From Acidimicrobiia bacterium (lineage in GTDB: Bacteria > Actinomycetota > Acidimicrobiia > Spongiisociales > JAHEDJ01), in contig JARGFH010000019.1 of the NCBI GenBank assembly GCA_029210695.1, forward strand, positions 1-62,655: DNA of 62,655 nt. The letters are read 5' to 3'. Shown here one piece after another: positions 20,128 through 30,179 of the stretch (position 1 is its first letter; each line of letters begins with the position of its first letter). The notes under the pieces were generated by a model that searched no databases, had not been told where the DNA came from, and saw nothing but the letters and a program-made list of their open reading frames with translations. A program made the translations under genes and the position numbers.

Positions 20128-21633
20128 ATGGACATCGAGACACTGCTGGCGGGACCGCTGAGACGAGTCAACCCTCGACTGGCCGGGTGGGCGTACTCGG
20201 GCCTGCGTCGAATACCACCGGTTCGGCGTCGCCTCGAAGCGGAATTCGATGGCCTGGTCGCCGGCATGGAAGAGGCCGTCAAGCCGTACCGGAAGGATCT
20301 GCCCTCCTATCACCGGATGCCGGATCAAGGGGTCGATCGCGCTGAGATTCTGACGCAGATGGCGGACCTGGCGGGGCGAGAGGAGTCTCGCTGGAAGGAT
20401 GGCTTTGCCTCCGGCGCCGTGTACAACGGGCAACCCGATCACATCGAATTCCTCAGCAAGGTGACTGCCCTCCATTCGCAGGCAAATCCTCTCCATGCGG
20501 ACCTGTGGCCCTCTGCGACCAAGTTCGAAGCCGAGATCGTGGCGATGACGGCGTCGATGCTGAGTGCCGGCCGGGAAGATGATGAGATCGTCGGGACGGT
20601 CACATCCGGCGGAACGGAGTCGATTCTTCTCGCCATGAAGACCTATCGCGACAGGGGGATCGAACGGGGTATCAAGCACCCGGAGATCATGGCCCCGGTG
20701 ACCGCCCACGTCGCCTTCGACAAGGCCGCCCACTACTTCGGGATGAAGATGGTGCGCATCCCGGTCGATGGAGCCTTTCGCGCAGACGTGAGCGCGGCAG
20801 CAGGGATCATCAACCGCAACACCGTCGTAGTGGTGGGTTCGGCGCCCGCCTTCCCGCACGGCACCATCGACCCGATCGAGGAGTTGTCGTCTCTGGCCGC
20901 CGAGCGAAAAGTTGGATTCCACACCGATGCTTGTCTGGGTGGGTTCGTGCTGCCGTGGGCCGAGCGGCTCGGATACCCGGTACCCGCCTTCGACTTCCGG
21001 CTACCCGGGGTGACGTCGATGTCGGCAGACACTCACAAGTACGGATACGCAGCCAAGGGCACGTCGGTCGTGCTGTATCGCGGACGGGACTTGCGCCACC
21101 ACCAGTATTTCACCGCCTCCGACTGGCCGGGCGGGCTGTACTTCTCTCCGACGCTGGCCGGGAGCCGCCCGGGGGCGTTGAGTGCGGCCGCCTGGGCGGC
21201 AATGGTGTCTATCGGGGAGCAGGGCTACCTCGATGCCACTGCTCGGATCCTCGAGGCGGCCGCCGTCATCCGATCCGGCATCGAAGACTTACCGGAACTC
21301 GAGGTGCTCGGCGACCCGCTGTTCGTGATTGCATTCGGATCGGAAGTGCTCGACATCTACCAGGTGCTGCAGCGGATGAGCGAACGGGGCTGGAACCTCA
21401 CGGGATTGCACCGACCACCGGCGCTGCACCTGGCGGTCACATTGCGCCACACCGCGAGCGGGGTCGCTCAACGATTTCTGGATGATCTGGCTGCGGCCGT
21501 CGAAGAGGTCAAAGCTCATCCCGGTGAGGCAGGTGGGGTCGCCCCGGTGTACGGGATGGCCGCCACGGTGCCGGTCCGGGTAGTGGTCGATGAACTCCTC
21601 GAGCGCTACGTCGATCTCCTCTACGAGGTGTGA
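20128..21633 (+). CDS. Sphingosine-1-phosphate-lyase-like PLP-dependent enzyme
   Basis: [46 protein letters not shown] (PLP Lys) and GSRPG. Starts 11 bp after the FGGY kinase. Confidence 0.88.
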   Translation: MDIETLLAGPLRRVNPRLAGWAYSGLRRIPPVRRRLEAEFDGLVAGMEEAVKPYRKDLPSYHRMPDQGVDRAEILTQMADLAGREESRWKDGFASGAVYNGQPDHIEFLSKVTALHSQANPLHADLWPSATKFEAEIVAMTASMLSAGREDDEIVGTVTSGGTESILLAMKTYRDRGIERGIKHPEIMAPVTAHVAFDKAAHYFGMKMVRIPVDGAFRADVSAAAGIINRNTVVVVGSAPAFPHGTIDPIEELSSLAAERKVGFHTDACLGGFVLPWAERLGYPVPAFDFRLPGVTSMSADTHKYGYAAKGTSVVLYRGRDLRHHQYFTASDWPGGLYFSPTLAGSRPGALSAAAWAAMVSIGEQGYLDATARILEAAAVIRSGIEDLPELEVLGDPLFVIAFGSEVLDIYQVLQRMSERGWNLTGLHRPPALHLAVTLRHTASGVAQRFLDDLAAAVEEVKAHPGEAGGVAPVYGMAATVPVRVVVDELLERYVDLLYEV

Positions 21634-21648
21634 GCGGCGCCCGGCGGC

Positions 21649-22014
21649 CTACTCCGGTGGAGGCCCGTCTCGATCGCGACGCCGGCCCGCCGGCGCCCCG
21701 GCGGCTATGAGGTGGCGGGCCGCTTCGGTCACGAAGGCGACCAGCAACCCGACTCCGATCAGCACATAGGCCATGGTGAAGATCTTCCCGGCCGGCGTCT
21801 GCGGGGCCAGGTCGCCGTACCCCACCGTCGTCAGCGTTATGACCGTGAAGTAGAAGCTGTCGACCCACGAGAAGTCTTCGATGCGGTGGTAGAACGTGGC
21901 GCCTCCGGCCACGAGCCCACCCACGAGGAGCACCAGGCCCCGGTTGTTCGGGTCGGCCGCCATACGCCGGGCGGCCCGAAAGAGAGTGCGGAGAACGGCT
22001 ACAAGTCCAAACAT
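21649..22014 (-). CDS. Minimal two-TM potassium channel (KcsA/NaK-like)
   Basis: Selectivity filter TTVGYGD between two TM helices. A TACCCT -10 six nt before ATG 22014 supports the start. Confidence 0.9.
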   Translation of the reverse strand: MFGLVAVLRTLFRAARRMAADPNNRGLVLLVGGLVAGGATFYHRIEDFSWVDSFYFTVITLTTVGYGDLAPQTPAGKIFTMAYVLIGVGLLVAFVTEAARHLIAAGAPAGRRRDRDGPPPE

Positions 22015-22132
22015 GCGCGGAGGGTACCCGCTTGCGGCCTTCGTCTCGAGCATCGTGCCGGGCCTCCGATAATCATCCCTTCCGGAACCGGCGACCGGCG
22101 CGTAGACTCACCGAACGATCGCAGGGGACACA

Positions 22133-22528
22133 ATGGCGACGCAATATCCGATTGAGCTGATCCTGGCCAGGCAACTGGCTGATTCGATGTCACATCCGGT
22201 GTGGATCACGGATGCTGCCGGGAACCTGGTTTTCTACAACGAACCCGGCGAGGCGATCCTCGGAGTTCGATTCGATGATGCGGGCAAAATGCCGGCCACC
22301 GAACTGGCCGAGCGATTCGCCACCCAGGAGCTCGACGGATCCGAACTGCTCGCCGAGGACCTGCCCATCGTTGTGGCGCTCACTGAGTGGATTCCGGCTC
22401 ACCGACGGATACGGATTCGAGCCTATGACGGCATCTGGCGCAAGATCGGCGTGACGGCCATCCCCCTCGTCGGCCAGGGTGAACGCAGGGTCGGCGTCCT
22501 CGTCACGTTCTGGGAGTTGGAGGATTGA
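22133..22528 (+). CDS. Stand-alone PAS domain protein
   Basis: VWITDAAGNLVFYNEPGEAILG PAS N-terminal pattern; overlaps the next gene by 4 bp. Confidence 0.8.
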   Translation: MATQYPIELILARQLADSMSHPVWITDAAGNLVFYNEPGEAILGVRFDDAGKMPATELAERFATQELDGSELLAEDLPIVVALTEWIPAHRRIRIRAYDGIWRKIGVTAIPLVGQGERRVGVLVTFWELED

Positions 22529-23352
22529 GGGTCACTCTGCTCGGTACACGTGGTTCCGTCGGCCGGGCTGGACCGGCCACCGTTCGATACGGCGGGGACA
22601 CCTCCTCAGTTGAAGTCCAGGCCGACGATGAGAGCACCTTGTTGCTGGATGCAGGATCGGGGGTTGTCCATGCCTCGCCGGGGGCGACCGCCGGTCCCGT
22701 ACACGTGCTCCTCACCCATCTTCACATGGACCATATCCAGGGTCTCGGATTCCTCCATCCACTCTTTGATCCAGACACCGAAGTTCACATTTGGGGCCCC
22801 CGCGCTTCGGGGCACTCGCTGGCCATGCTTCTGGGTCGGTACCTATCTCCACCCCTCTTCCCGGTCCACTTGCGTGATCTGCCGGCCCTCACGCTGCACG
22901 AACTGGGGGCGGGCACGACAACGATCGGTCCGTTCACTGTGACCTTCGATCTCATCATTCATCCTGGTCGAACTTTGGGTTACCGGGTCGAAGCCGACGG
23001 TCGCAGCCTGGCCTACCTGCCGGACCATGAGCCGGTGCTGGGTTCGGAACATCTGACCACAGAACCGGCCTGGACGTCGGGCTACGACCTGGCCCATGAC
23101 GTTGATGTGTTGATTCACGACACGCAGTACACAGATGACGAGTACCGGCAACGGGTCGGGTGGGGTCACAGCACGTTGACGCAGGCGGCGGATTTCGCCG
23201 AGTTGGCCGGGGTCGGCCGGCTCGTGACGTTCCACCATGAACCCGATCACCCGGATGAGTTGATCGATCGACTGGTCGAGGAGTTGCGGAAGAGCCGGGA
23301 GTTGCCTTTCGAGTTGGTGCCTGGTTTGGCCGGCGCTTCGTTCGACGTTTAG
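22525..23352 (+). CDS. MBL-fold metallo-hydrolase (possible cyclic-nucleotide phosphodiesterase)
   Basis: LLGTRGS, YGGDTSS, THLHMDHIQG, GWGHS and FHHEP motifs. Confidence 0.88.
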   Translation: MRVTLLGTRGSVGRAGPATVRYGGDTSSVEVQADDESTLLLDAGSGVVHASPGATAGPVHVLLTHLHMDHIQGLGFLHPLFDPDTEVHIWGPRASGHSLAMLLGRYLSPPLFPVHLRDLPALTLHELGAGTTTIGPFTVTFDLIIHPGRTLGYRVEADGRSLAYLPDHEPVLGSEHLTTEPAWTSGYDLAHDVDVLIHDTQYTDDEYRQRVGWGHSTLTQAADFAELAGVGRLVTFHHEPDHPDELIDRLVEELRKSRELPFELVPGLAGASFDV

Positions 23353-23370
23353 CCCGCTTCTGCATTTCCT

Positions 23371-23420
23371 GTTCTTGCGTTGGTAATCACGCGAAATCGA
23401 GTGCATGGCGACGCAAGAAC
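23371..23420. repeat. 50 bp palindrome between convergent genes (REP-like or bidirectional terminator)
   Basis: gttcttgcgt...acgcaagaac perfect 10 bp inverted arms. Confidence 0.6.
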
Positions 23421-23436
23421 GGGTTTGGAGAGCCGA

Positions 23437-24603
23437 TCAGCGGGCGGCCGTCCGGACGCCGACCGAGCCGACCACCACCGACGAGACAATCAAACCGATT
23501 CCGGCCGCCACCCACGCACCTGAGAAGGACCAGCGCTCGATAGCCGCTCCGAGGACGAGGGGTCCGGCCCCGGCGCCGAGGAAGATCCCCGCTTGAGTAA
23601 TGGCGGACGACGTAGCGACGGTGCCTCGATTGGCATTGACCACTGCGAACGTCAGGAGGCCCGGCCACGCCCAGCCGGTGGCGAAGGCGACGATGACGAG
23701 GGCGGTGAATGCTGCCCCACCGACCAGCGGGAGGATGAAGAAGGCAACCGAACCGGTGAGGGTGAGGGCAACCATGGCGGCAAAGCCGCGACCTCCGAAC
23801 CGGTCGGTGAGCACCCCGTAGAACACCCGGGCGGCGATCGACATGCCAGATCCGGCGAACTGCAGGGTCCCGGCGGCGGATTCCGAGAATCCGGCGTCGA
23901 CGGCCGCCGACACGAGGAAGGTACCGAGGGCGATGGCCCCCCAGGTAGCAAAGGACGATCCGACTGCGAGTGCCAGGAGCTGGCGCGTGGACAACCGCAC
24001 CCGGCGGGCATCTGTCGGGTCGTCCGATTCGGCCGGGTGTCCGATCTCAAATGTAACCCGCGGGATGAGAAACGATACGGCGACGGCGAGTGCAGCTGCC
24101 GCGACGTAGGCCCAGCGCCAGCCGAACTGGACGATTACCACCGGAACCGCCAGGCCGGCCAGAAGGGTGGAGGCCGGGATTCCGCCGTGCTTTGCTCCGA
24201 AGATCGTGGCTCGCCGCTTCGGGTCCGTGTGATCGGCCAGGGCTTGGTTCGCCGCCGGGTTGGCCGCTCCGTAGATGGCGGCTGCCGCGATGAGTAGGCC
24301 GGCCAGCGTCCATGTGTTCCGTGCGGCGGCGGCGATGGTCAGCAGCACGACAGCCGAGATCCGGGTGTTGAGCACCATGGCGTGTTGCCATCCGACCCGG
24401 GCGACCCAGCGTCCGAGCGGCGCGGACGTGGCGGAGGCGGTGAGGAAGAAGGCGGCCGTCAGTGCACCGAGACCGACCGGTCCCAGATCGAGCTCAGGGC
24501 CGATCTGAACGAAGCCCGCACCCAGCAGGAACACCGCCTGGGTGCTGGCGGTGACCACGAGCACGGCAACCACGAGCAGGCGAGTGAGTGATGGGGGGCG
24601 CAC
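23437..24603 (-). CDS. MFS transporter
   Basis: About 12 hydrophobic segments and GVLTDRFGGR loop motif. TAGGAT -10 six nt before the GTG start. Confidence 0.88.
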   Translation of the reverse strand: MRPPSLTRLLVVAVLVVTASTQAVFLLGAGFVQIGPELDLGPVGLGALTAAFFLTASATSAPLGRWVARVGWQHAMVLNTRISAVVLLTIAAAARNTWTLAGLLIAAAAIYGAANPAANQALADHTDPKRRATIFGAKHGGIPASTLLAGLAVPVVIVQFGWRWAYVAAAALAVAVSFLIPRVTFEIGHPAESDDPTDARRVRLSTRQLLALAVGSSFATWGAIALGTFLVSAAVDAGFSESAAGTLQFAGSGMSIAARVFYGVLTDRFGGRGFAAMVALTLTGSVAFFILPLVGGAAFTALVIVAFATGWAWPGLLTFAVVNANRGTVATSSAITQAGIFLGAGAGPLVLGAAIERWSFSGAWVAAGIGLIVSSVVVGSVGVRTAAR

Positions 24604-24679
24604 CGGTGGATCCTATCGGCAAGGATGGTGAATCTCTCGGGTCGGAGCGTTTCTCGATGAGTTTTGCTACGTTGCCGGC

Positions 24680-25369
24680 ATGGAATCAATCGCTCCCGGG
24701 GTGCATCTGGTACCCAGCTACTCGAATGCCTTCATCATCGACGGCGATGCGGGCGTCACGCTCATCGATACGGGAATGCCCAGGCGCCACGGTGCGATGC
24801 TGGACGCTTTGGCGGCTCTGGGCCGTGCCCGGGGCGACGTCACTGCCATCGCAGTGACCCATTCCCACGTCGACCACGTTGGCAACGCCGCCGTTTTGAA
24901 GCGGGAGACCGGCGCGCCGGTGTTCGCATCGGCGGTGGATGCGCCGGCCGTTCGTGGTGATGAGCCTGCCCCGGCGCCGCTGTTTCTCGATCGGGTTCGG
25001 TTCCTCAAACCCATCTACAGGCTGATGCCGGGCGCCGAAGGGGTCGAGGTCGATCACCTGATCGGAGAGGGTAAATCGACCGGCTTGCCCGAAGACCTGA
25101 CCGTGATCGACACGCCGGGCCACACGCCGGGACATGTGTCGTTCCTACTCGACCGGCAGGGAGGCGTTCTCTTTGTGGGCGATGCGGCGGTCCGGACCAA
25201 AGCCGGAGAGATCAAACGCGGTTGGATGAATCGCTCGACGCCGACGTTCGACGCCAGCCTGCGCCATCTAGCCGGGTTTGACTTCGAGGTGGCGGTCTTC
25301 GCCCATTCCGCCCCGCTGGTGGGCTCGGCTGCGGCCGCCTTCAAACGCTTCGCCGCCTCAATCGGCTGA
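24680..25369 (+). CDS. MBL-fold metallo-hydrolase
   Basis: LIDTG, THSHVDHVG, TPGHTPGH and FVGD. TACGTT -10 six nt before ATG. Confidence 0.9.
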   Translation: MESIAPGVHLVPSYSNAFIIDGDAGVTLIDTGMPRRHGAMLDALAALGRARGDVTAIAVTHSHVDHVGNAAVLKRETGAPVFASAVDAPAVRGDEPAPAPLFLDRVRFLKPIYRLMPGAEGVEVDHLIGEGKSTGLPEDLTVIDTPGHTPGHVSFLLDRQGGVLFVGDAAVRTKAGEIKRGWMNRSTPTFDASLRHLAGFDFEVAVFAHSAPLVGSAAAAFKRFAASIG

Positions 25370-25449
25370 TCATCTCAGAGTTCGACCGTACGGAAGGGTG
25401 ACGTTGCGGTGGAAGCACTCGCCGTCCCGGGCGATTCCGTGCCGACCTG

Positions 25450-26526
25450 TTATCGGTCGACGATCAGGGCACGTTGCACGTCGGTGTCGAGCACCTGCAG
25501 CCGCAGGTCGATCGTGCCTCCCAGTTCGTCGGCCAGGCTGGTAGCCAGCTCCCGGGCAGGCGGAACCGGCCCATCGCTGGTCAGAACGAGGTCGATCATC
25601 GTCACGCCGTTGTCTACTTCGACTCCGACATCGACGATCTCGACATTGAGATGTTCGAGTCCCGGCCAGGAGTCGAGGGCAGCCTGCACTATTCCGCTCT
25701 GCTCCGTCACAGGAATCAAGGTTGCCCTTCCGAAATGGATGGGAAGGGCAACGAGCAACACGGCTAGCGCGATCCCGCGCAACGTCGACCACTTCGCCGC
25801 CAGGAGCGGTTTGCCCGGGACAAATCCGCTGATGACGAAGGTGAGCGCTCCGCTCAACGTGATGCCGGTCACGTTGGCCAGGAAGAGGAACCCGGCGCCG
25901 CGTGCCAGTTCGATCTCTGCTGCCGCAAGTGCCATTCCGACGACGGCGAGCGGCGGAACCAGGGCTACCGCGACTGCTGCGCCGGCCAGCGCGTCGGCAG
26001 ACTGCCGCTGGACGTGCCCGTAGGCGCCGGCCGCTCCCGCCGCCAGCGCCACTGCCAGATCGACGAGATTGGGAGAGGTTCGGGCGAGCAACTCGCCGGA
26101 CGGAGGACCGGAGGCCCCGGGAACGACCAGGGCGATCACAAACGCCAGTAAAACGGCACCGAGCGAGGCGGCGATGACCAACGCCAGACTCGTGAAGAAC
26201 CGGCGCCGCCAGCCCATCACGGCGGAGGCGGCGATCGCCAGTACCGGTCCCATCAACGGTGCCACCAGCATCGCCCCAATGACGACGGTAGGAGAGTTGG
26301 CCCGGATCCCGAGCACGGCCATGGCGACGGACAGCGCCATCGTTGTTATGTAGCGACGGACGAACGGCAAGAGGGCGACGCCTTCGTGGAACAACCCGGC
26401 GATGACACGTCGACGCTCGTTCGGTGAGAGTTCGCCGTCGCTTTGCAGCAACTCGAGAATCCTCAGCTTTGCGAGGGTCACCAGCGCGGCGATGAGGCTG
26501 CGCGCCGGTCGTTCCGTGGACTGCAC
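25450..26526 (-). CDS. DUF389-family membrane protein
   Basis: NSPTVVIGAMLVAPLMGP, ELLARTSPNLVDLAVALAAG and GAAVAVALVPPL signature segments. Confidence 0.88.
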   Translation of the reverse strand: MQSTERPARSLIAALVTLAKLRILELLQSDGELSPNERRRVIAGLFHEGVALLPFVRRYITTMALSVAMAVLGIRANSPTVVIGAMLVAPLMGPVLAIAASAVMGWRRRFFTSLALVIAASLGAVLLAFVIALVVPGASGPPSGELLARTSPNLVDLAVALAAGAAGAYGHVQRQSADALAGAAVAVALVPPLAVVGMALAAAEIELARGAGFLFLANVTGITLSGALTFVISGFVPGKPLLAAKWSTLRGIALAVLLVALPIHFGRATLIPVTEQSGIVQAALDSWPGLEHLNVEIVDVGVEVDNGVTMIDLVLTSDGPVPPARELATSLADELGGTIDLRLQVLDTDVQRALIVDR

Positions 26527-26767
26527 GGGTGGTCTCGCACTCTCTGTAGGTGTGGGTTCACCGTATGCGCGGGTCGCCTAACGCTGGATCATCGCGGGGT
26601 TAAGTGAGCGCAAAGCGATGGCAGCGTCAACCCATCGGACCGGGCACCCTGGAGCTCTCGCCGGGATTCGTGCGTTGCGCCGACCGGTTCGCAGACCATC
26701 GATTACCAGTTGGACGTTGTTTGCCCCGGTTATGGTTGGGTCGTTGTTCCAGGAGAAAGGCAGTCGC

Positions 26768-27151
26768 ATGGTGCGCGAATTGGGCGAGTGGGCCGTCAAC
26801 TACATCCCCGAAGAGGGTGGCAGGTACACCGGGAAGCTCAAGGTCACGGATGAGATGTTGAGCTTCAAATCGCTGTACGAGTCGAGCAACAAGACGATCG
26901 TCAAGGCCATCTTTCTCGATGTTGGAAGCTTCGCGGCTGCCGGGGGTCACACCGTCTATCGCTATTCAACCGACGATGAAGTGCGGGTAGAACTACCCCT
27001 GGCGGAGGTAGCCGGCGTCGAAGCCTTCAAGAAGGGGCTCATGAACCGTGCAATTGTGAAGATGGCGAACGATGAGCAGTTCGTCTTCGACTACGGCATG
27101 ATGTCGGTCAAGAAGATCGTCGCCGCCATCGAGTCTGTTCTCCCCGACTGA
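26768..27151 (+). CDS. Hypothetical protein (possible PH-like fold)
   Basis: AGAAAGG SD before ATG 26768 and strong GC3 bias; YTGKLKVTDEML pattern. Confidence 0.7.
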   Translation: MVRELGEWAVNYIPEEGGRYTGKLKVTDEMLSFKSLYESSNKTIVKAIFLDVGSFAAAGGHTVYRYSTDDEVRVELPLAEVAGVEAFKKGLMNRAIVKMANDEQFVFDYGMMSVKKIVAAIESVLPD

Positions 27152-27197
27152 CAAATCCGATGAGGTGACCGGAGCGGGAGGTGCGTCTAGCTCGCCG

Positions 27198-27467
27198 TCA
27201 CTTCCCCTCCCAGTATGCCTCGGCTTCCTTTTCCATGGCCGCCAGGCGGGTGTAGTAATCGGGGAACTCGTTGAGGTGGGCAAGGGCGATCTTGGCGGTC
27301 GTCAGACGGTCATCGTCGGTGACGTTCGTCGCCGCATCGCGGGTGCCGTGTTCGAGCTCAACGTCCAGACCCATCCGGAACTGCTCGACGTCGAACCGGG
27401 CCGTGTCCCAGTCGATTCCGATCCGGCTGCCGAGGTCCTTGGCCTGTTCCGGTGTGAAGGTTGCCAT
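27198..27467 (-). CDS. DUF5661-like small protein
   Basis: EQFRMGLDVELEHG...KIALAHLNEFPDYYTRL conserved pattern; AGGAG SD. Confidence 0.85.
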   Translation of the reverse strand: MATFTPEQAKDLGSRIGIDWDTARFDVEQFRMGLDVELEHGTRDAATNVTDDDRLTTAKIALAHLNEFPDYYTRLAAMEKEAEAYWEGK

Positions 27468-27574
27468 GGTGATGACTCCTGTTCGTTTCACGGTGCTTCG
27501 ACTGTCGCGCCCAGGCTAAAGGAACGAAAGGGCAGCGCGGCGAGGCACTTGCCGGGTGTGCATACACTCATGGA

Positions 27575-28021
27575 GTGAAGAACTACAAGACATGGATCAA
27601 GCGTGGGTTGTTGATACTGGTCGGTTTGCTGGTCGTCATCCAGCTCGTTCCGTACGGACGGGATCACACGAATCCGGATTCTGCAATTGTTGAACCTGCC
27701 TGGGACTCACCTGAGACACGGGAACTGGCCGTTCGGGCGTGTTACGACTGCCACAGCAACGAGTCGGAGTGGCCCTGGTATTCAAATGTGGCACCCGTAT
27801 CGTGGCTCGTGCAACACGACGTGGAAGGGGGCCGGGACAAGCTGAACTTCTCTGAGTGGCATTTGCGTCAGGAGGGGGAAGAGGCAGCGGAGACCGTGCG
27901 CGAAGGTTCGATGCCTCCCCCCAGTTATCTCTTCACGCACCCGGACGCACGACTGACCGATGCCGAACTGGATGCCCTCGCCGCCGGCTTGGCCGCCACC
28001 CTGGGTGACGAGGGCGACTGA
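27575..28021 (+). CDS. Haem-binding domain (cytochrome c) protein
   Basis: N-terminal TM, CYDCH haem motif, WPWYSNVAP, LNFSEW and MPP. Confidence 0.9.
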   Translation: MKNYKTWIKRGLLILVGLLVVIQLVPYGRDHTNPDSAIVEPAWDSPETRELAVRACYDCHSNESEWPWYSNVAPVSWLVQHDVEGGRDKLNFSEWHLRQEGEEAAETVREGSMPPPSYLFTHPDARLTDAELDALAAGLAATLGDEGD

Positions 28022-28127
28022 GGCATCGCGGGCAAGCTGGCATTAGCGCCGGGGTTTGCCGACGTGAACTTCAACCCATCGTGTGATCAGCGGAGCCGCT
28101 TCTCACGGAATCACTCCGCGATGCGCT

Positions 28128-28508
28128 TCACATCGTCGAGATGGCCAGGATGTTCGCTTCGCTGTCTTTGAACCAGGCGGCCGTCGACCCGTCGGGCAAC
28201 GTCAGTACGCCGTCGACCGTCTTGAAGTCGCCCATGTCGTACTCTTCGAACACGACGCCGCGCTCGCGCAGTTGGGCGACGGCATTCGGAACGTCGTCCA
28301 CGGTGAACGTGGCCGCCGTTGCCTGGTTCGTGCCTGCGAAGGTGGATGGGTAGAGCAAGAATCGCGTCCCGCCGCTTTCGTACCAGGCTCCGCCGCCGCC
28401 CTCCTCCACCTCGGTGGGTGTGAGGCCGAGCTTGTCGGCATACCAGGCTTGCGCACGCTCGAAATCGGCTGCGGGCAGCGTCGCGTGCAGTTGGATGTTC
28501 CCGAACAT
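28128..28508 (-). CDS. VOC/glyoxalase family protein
   Basis: DFERAQAWYADKLGL, LRERGVVFE and AWFKDSEAN. Confidence 0.9.
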   Translation of the reverse strand: MFGNIQLHATLPAADFERAQAWYADKLGLTPTEVEEGGGGAWYESGGTRFLLYPSTFAGTNQATAATFTVDDVPNAVAQLRERGVVFEEYDMGDFKTVDGVLTLPDGSTAAWFKDSEANILAISTM

Positions 28509-28590
28509 CTGAGTCCCTCCTCGGTCGGGTATTCGCCGAACCTACACCCGCCGAGTCACGTTTGGGCTCCTTAATTCAATTTGCATCCGT

Positions 28591-28642
28591 CGTTTTCGCG
28601 CGGGATTCCCACCGTATAGGGGGAGATCCCCGCGCGAAAACG
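28591..28642. repeat. REP-like 52 bp palindrome, copy 2
   Basis: Same arms as 4139-4190; first 23 nt identical. Confidence 0.8.
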
Positions 28643-28662
28643 GTCTAATTGGGGCGGCGCGG

Positions 28663-29682
28663 TCAGCTGTTGCGGACCAGGGGGGCCACTTTCGTCCCGA
28701 GCAGTTCGATCGACCGCATGACCTGATGGTGAGGGAGTGTGCCGACGCTGATGTGCAGCATGAAGCGTTTGATTCCCAGCACGTCCCGCAGGTGGATGAT
28801 CTTTCGGGCCACCGTTTCAGGGTCGCCCAAAACCAACGAACCGCCCTCACCGCGCATGATGTCGTAGTGCTGGCGGGTCATCGCTCCCCACCCCCGTTCC
28901 CTGCCCAGCTGCGTCATCGCCACCGCGTAGGACGGATAGAACTCCTCTGCGGCTTGCTCGTTGTCGTCGGCGATGTAGCCGTGGGCATGGACGGCCAGTG
29001 GGGCGGCGGCCGGGTCGTACCCCGACTCGACCAGTGTCCTCCGGTGGAGGTCGGCAAATACGGCAAAGCGGGAGGGGTCCCCGCCGATGATGGCCAGCGC
29101 CACCGGCAATCCGAGCCGCCCGGCTCTGACGATGGAGGCCGGGGTGCCACCGACGGCGACCCAGATCGGCAGCTGTTCATGACGGGGGTAGATCGGCTGG
29201 TCGTCGAGCGGCGGCCGGAACTTGCCGGACCAGGTCACCCGCTCTCGGTCGCGAATCTGCAGCAGCAAGTCGAGCTTCTCGGCGAAGAGTTCGTCGTAGT
29301 CGGAGAGTGAGTAGCCAAAGATCGGGAACGACTCGATGAACGAACCCCGGCCGACCAGCAGTTCGGCTCGCCCGTTCGACACGAGGTCGAGGGTGGCGAA
29401 GTCCTGGTAGGTGCGCACCGGGTCGGCCGACGAGAGGATGATCACCGCCGGGGTCAGCCGGATCTTGCTGGTCCTCCCGGCGGCGGCCGCCAGGACGATG
29501 GCCGGGGCCGAAGCGGCGAAATCCTGCCGGTGGTGCTCGCCGATGCCGTAGACGTCCAGTCCGACCTGTTCGGCCAGTTCGATCTCCTCGAGGACTTGCC
29601 GGAGCCGGTCGCCATGGCTGATGGTCGTTCCCGTCTCCGGGTCCGGGTACGTCTCTGCGAAGGTGGTGAGGCCGAGTTCCAT
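28663..29682 (-). CDS. LLM-class (luciferase-like) flavin-dependent oxidoreductase
   Basis: GIGEHHR, LSSADPVR, GRGSFIESF and WVAVGGTP. Confidence 0.92.
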   Translation of the reverse strand: MELGLTTFAETYPDPETGTTISHGDRLRQVLEEIELAEQVGLDVYGIGEHHRQDFAASAPAIVLAAAAGRTSKIRLTPAVIILSSADPVRTYQDFATLDLVSNGRAELLVGRGSFIESFPIFGYSLSDYDELFAEKLDLLLQIRDRERVTWSGKFRPPLDDQPIYPRHEQLPIWVAVGGTPASIVRAGRLGLPVALAIIGGDPSRFAVFADLHRRTLVESGYDPAAAPLAVHAHGYIADDNEQAAEEFYPSYAVAMTQLGRERGWGAMTRQHYDIMRGEGGSLVLGDPETVARKIIHLRDVLGIKRFMLHISVGTLPHHQVMRSIELLGTKVAPLVRNS

Positions 29683-29801
29683 TGGCGGCATTATCGCCGA
29701 CCGGCGCGTCTACCCCGGAGGGGTAGCGGGCGTGCCGGCCGCGGCGGCCACCCTGCAGTCGCACCCGGCAGAGGACTCACGAGGCGGTATCGTTCCCCGC
29801 C

Positions 29802-30143
29802 ATGTCTAACCACGCCGCCCTCGGACCCGCGTTCGATGCTCTCGACAACTGCGAGGCTGCCCTTCGCAAACTCGACGCGGCCTGTTGCGAGCCCGGACGC
29901 AGCCCCAGGATGAAGGCCCTCGCCCACACGTTGACCGAGGCACGGGCCGGGCTGCACCGGACGGACGACGATCCTGCCGCGGCGGACGTGGCGCTTGTCC
30001 ATCTCGAAGACGCCGGTGCCCAGGTGGGGCGCCTGCAAGTCGGGTGCTGCACTCCAGATCGCCTGCCGTTGTACGCCGGTCTCCTGGAGGGCCTGGCCAC
30101 GGCGCAGCTCACCCTCAACCGGGTCCGCGGGCAGGGGCACTAG
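29802..30143 (+). CDS. Small helical hypothetical protein with two CC motifs
   Basis: ACCEPGR and GCCTPDR in an internally repeated helical ORF; TATCGT -10 upstream. Confidence 0.6.
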   Translation: MSNHAALGPAFDALDNCEAALRKLDAACCEPGRSPRMKALAHTLTEARAGLHRTDDDPAAADVALVHLEDAGAQVGRLQVGCCTPDRLPLYAGLLEGLATAQLTLNRVRGQGH

Positions 30144-30179
30144 CCGTTTCGGACGCCGGCCGCCGTAATGTCCGCGGCC

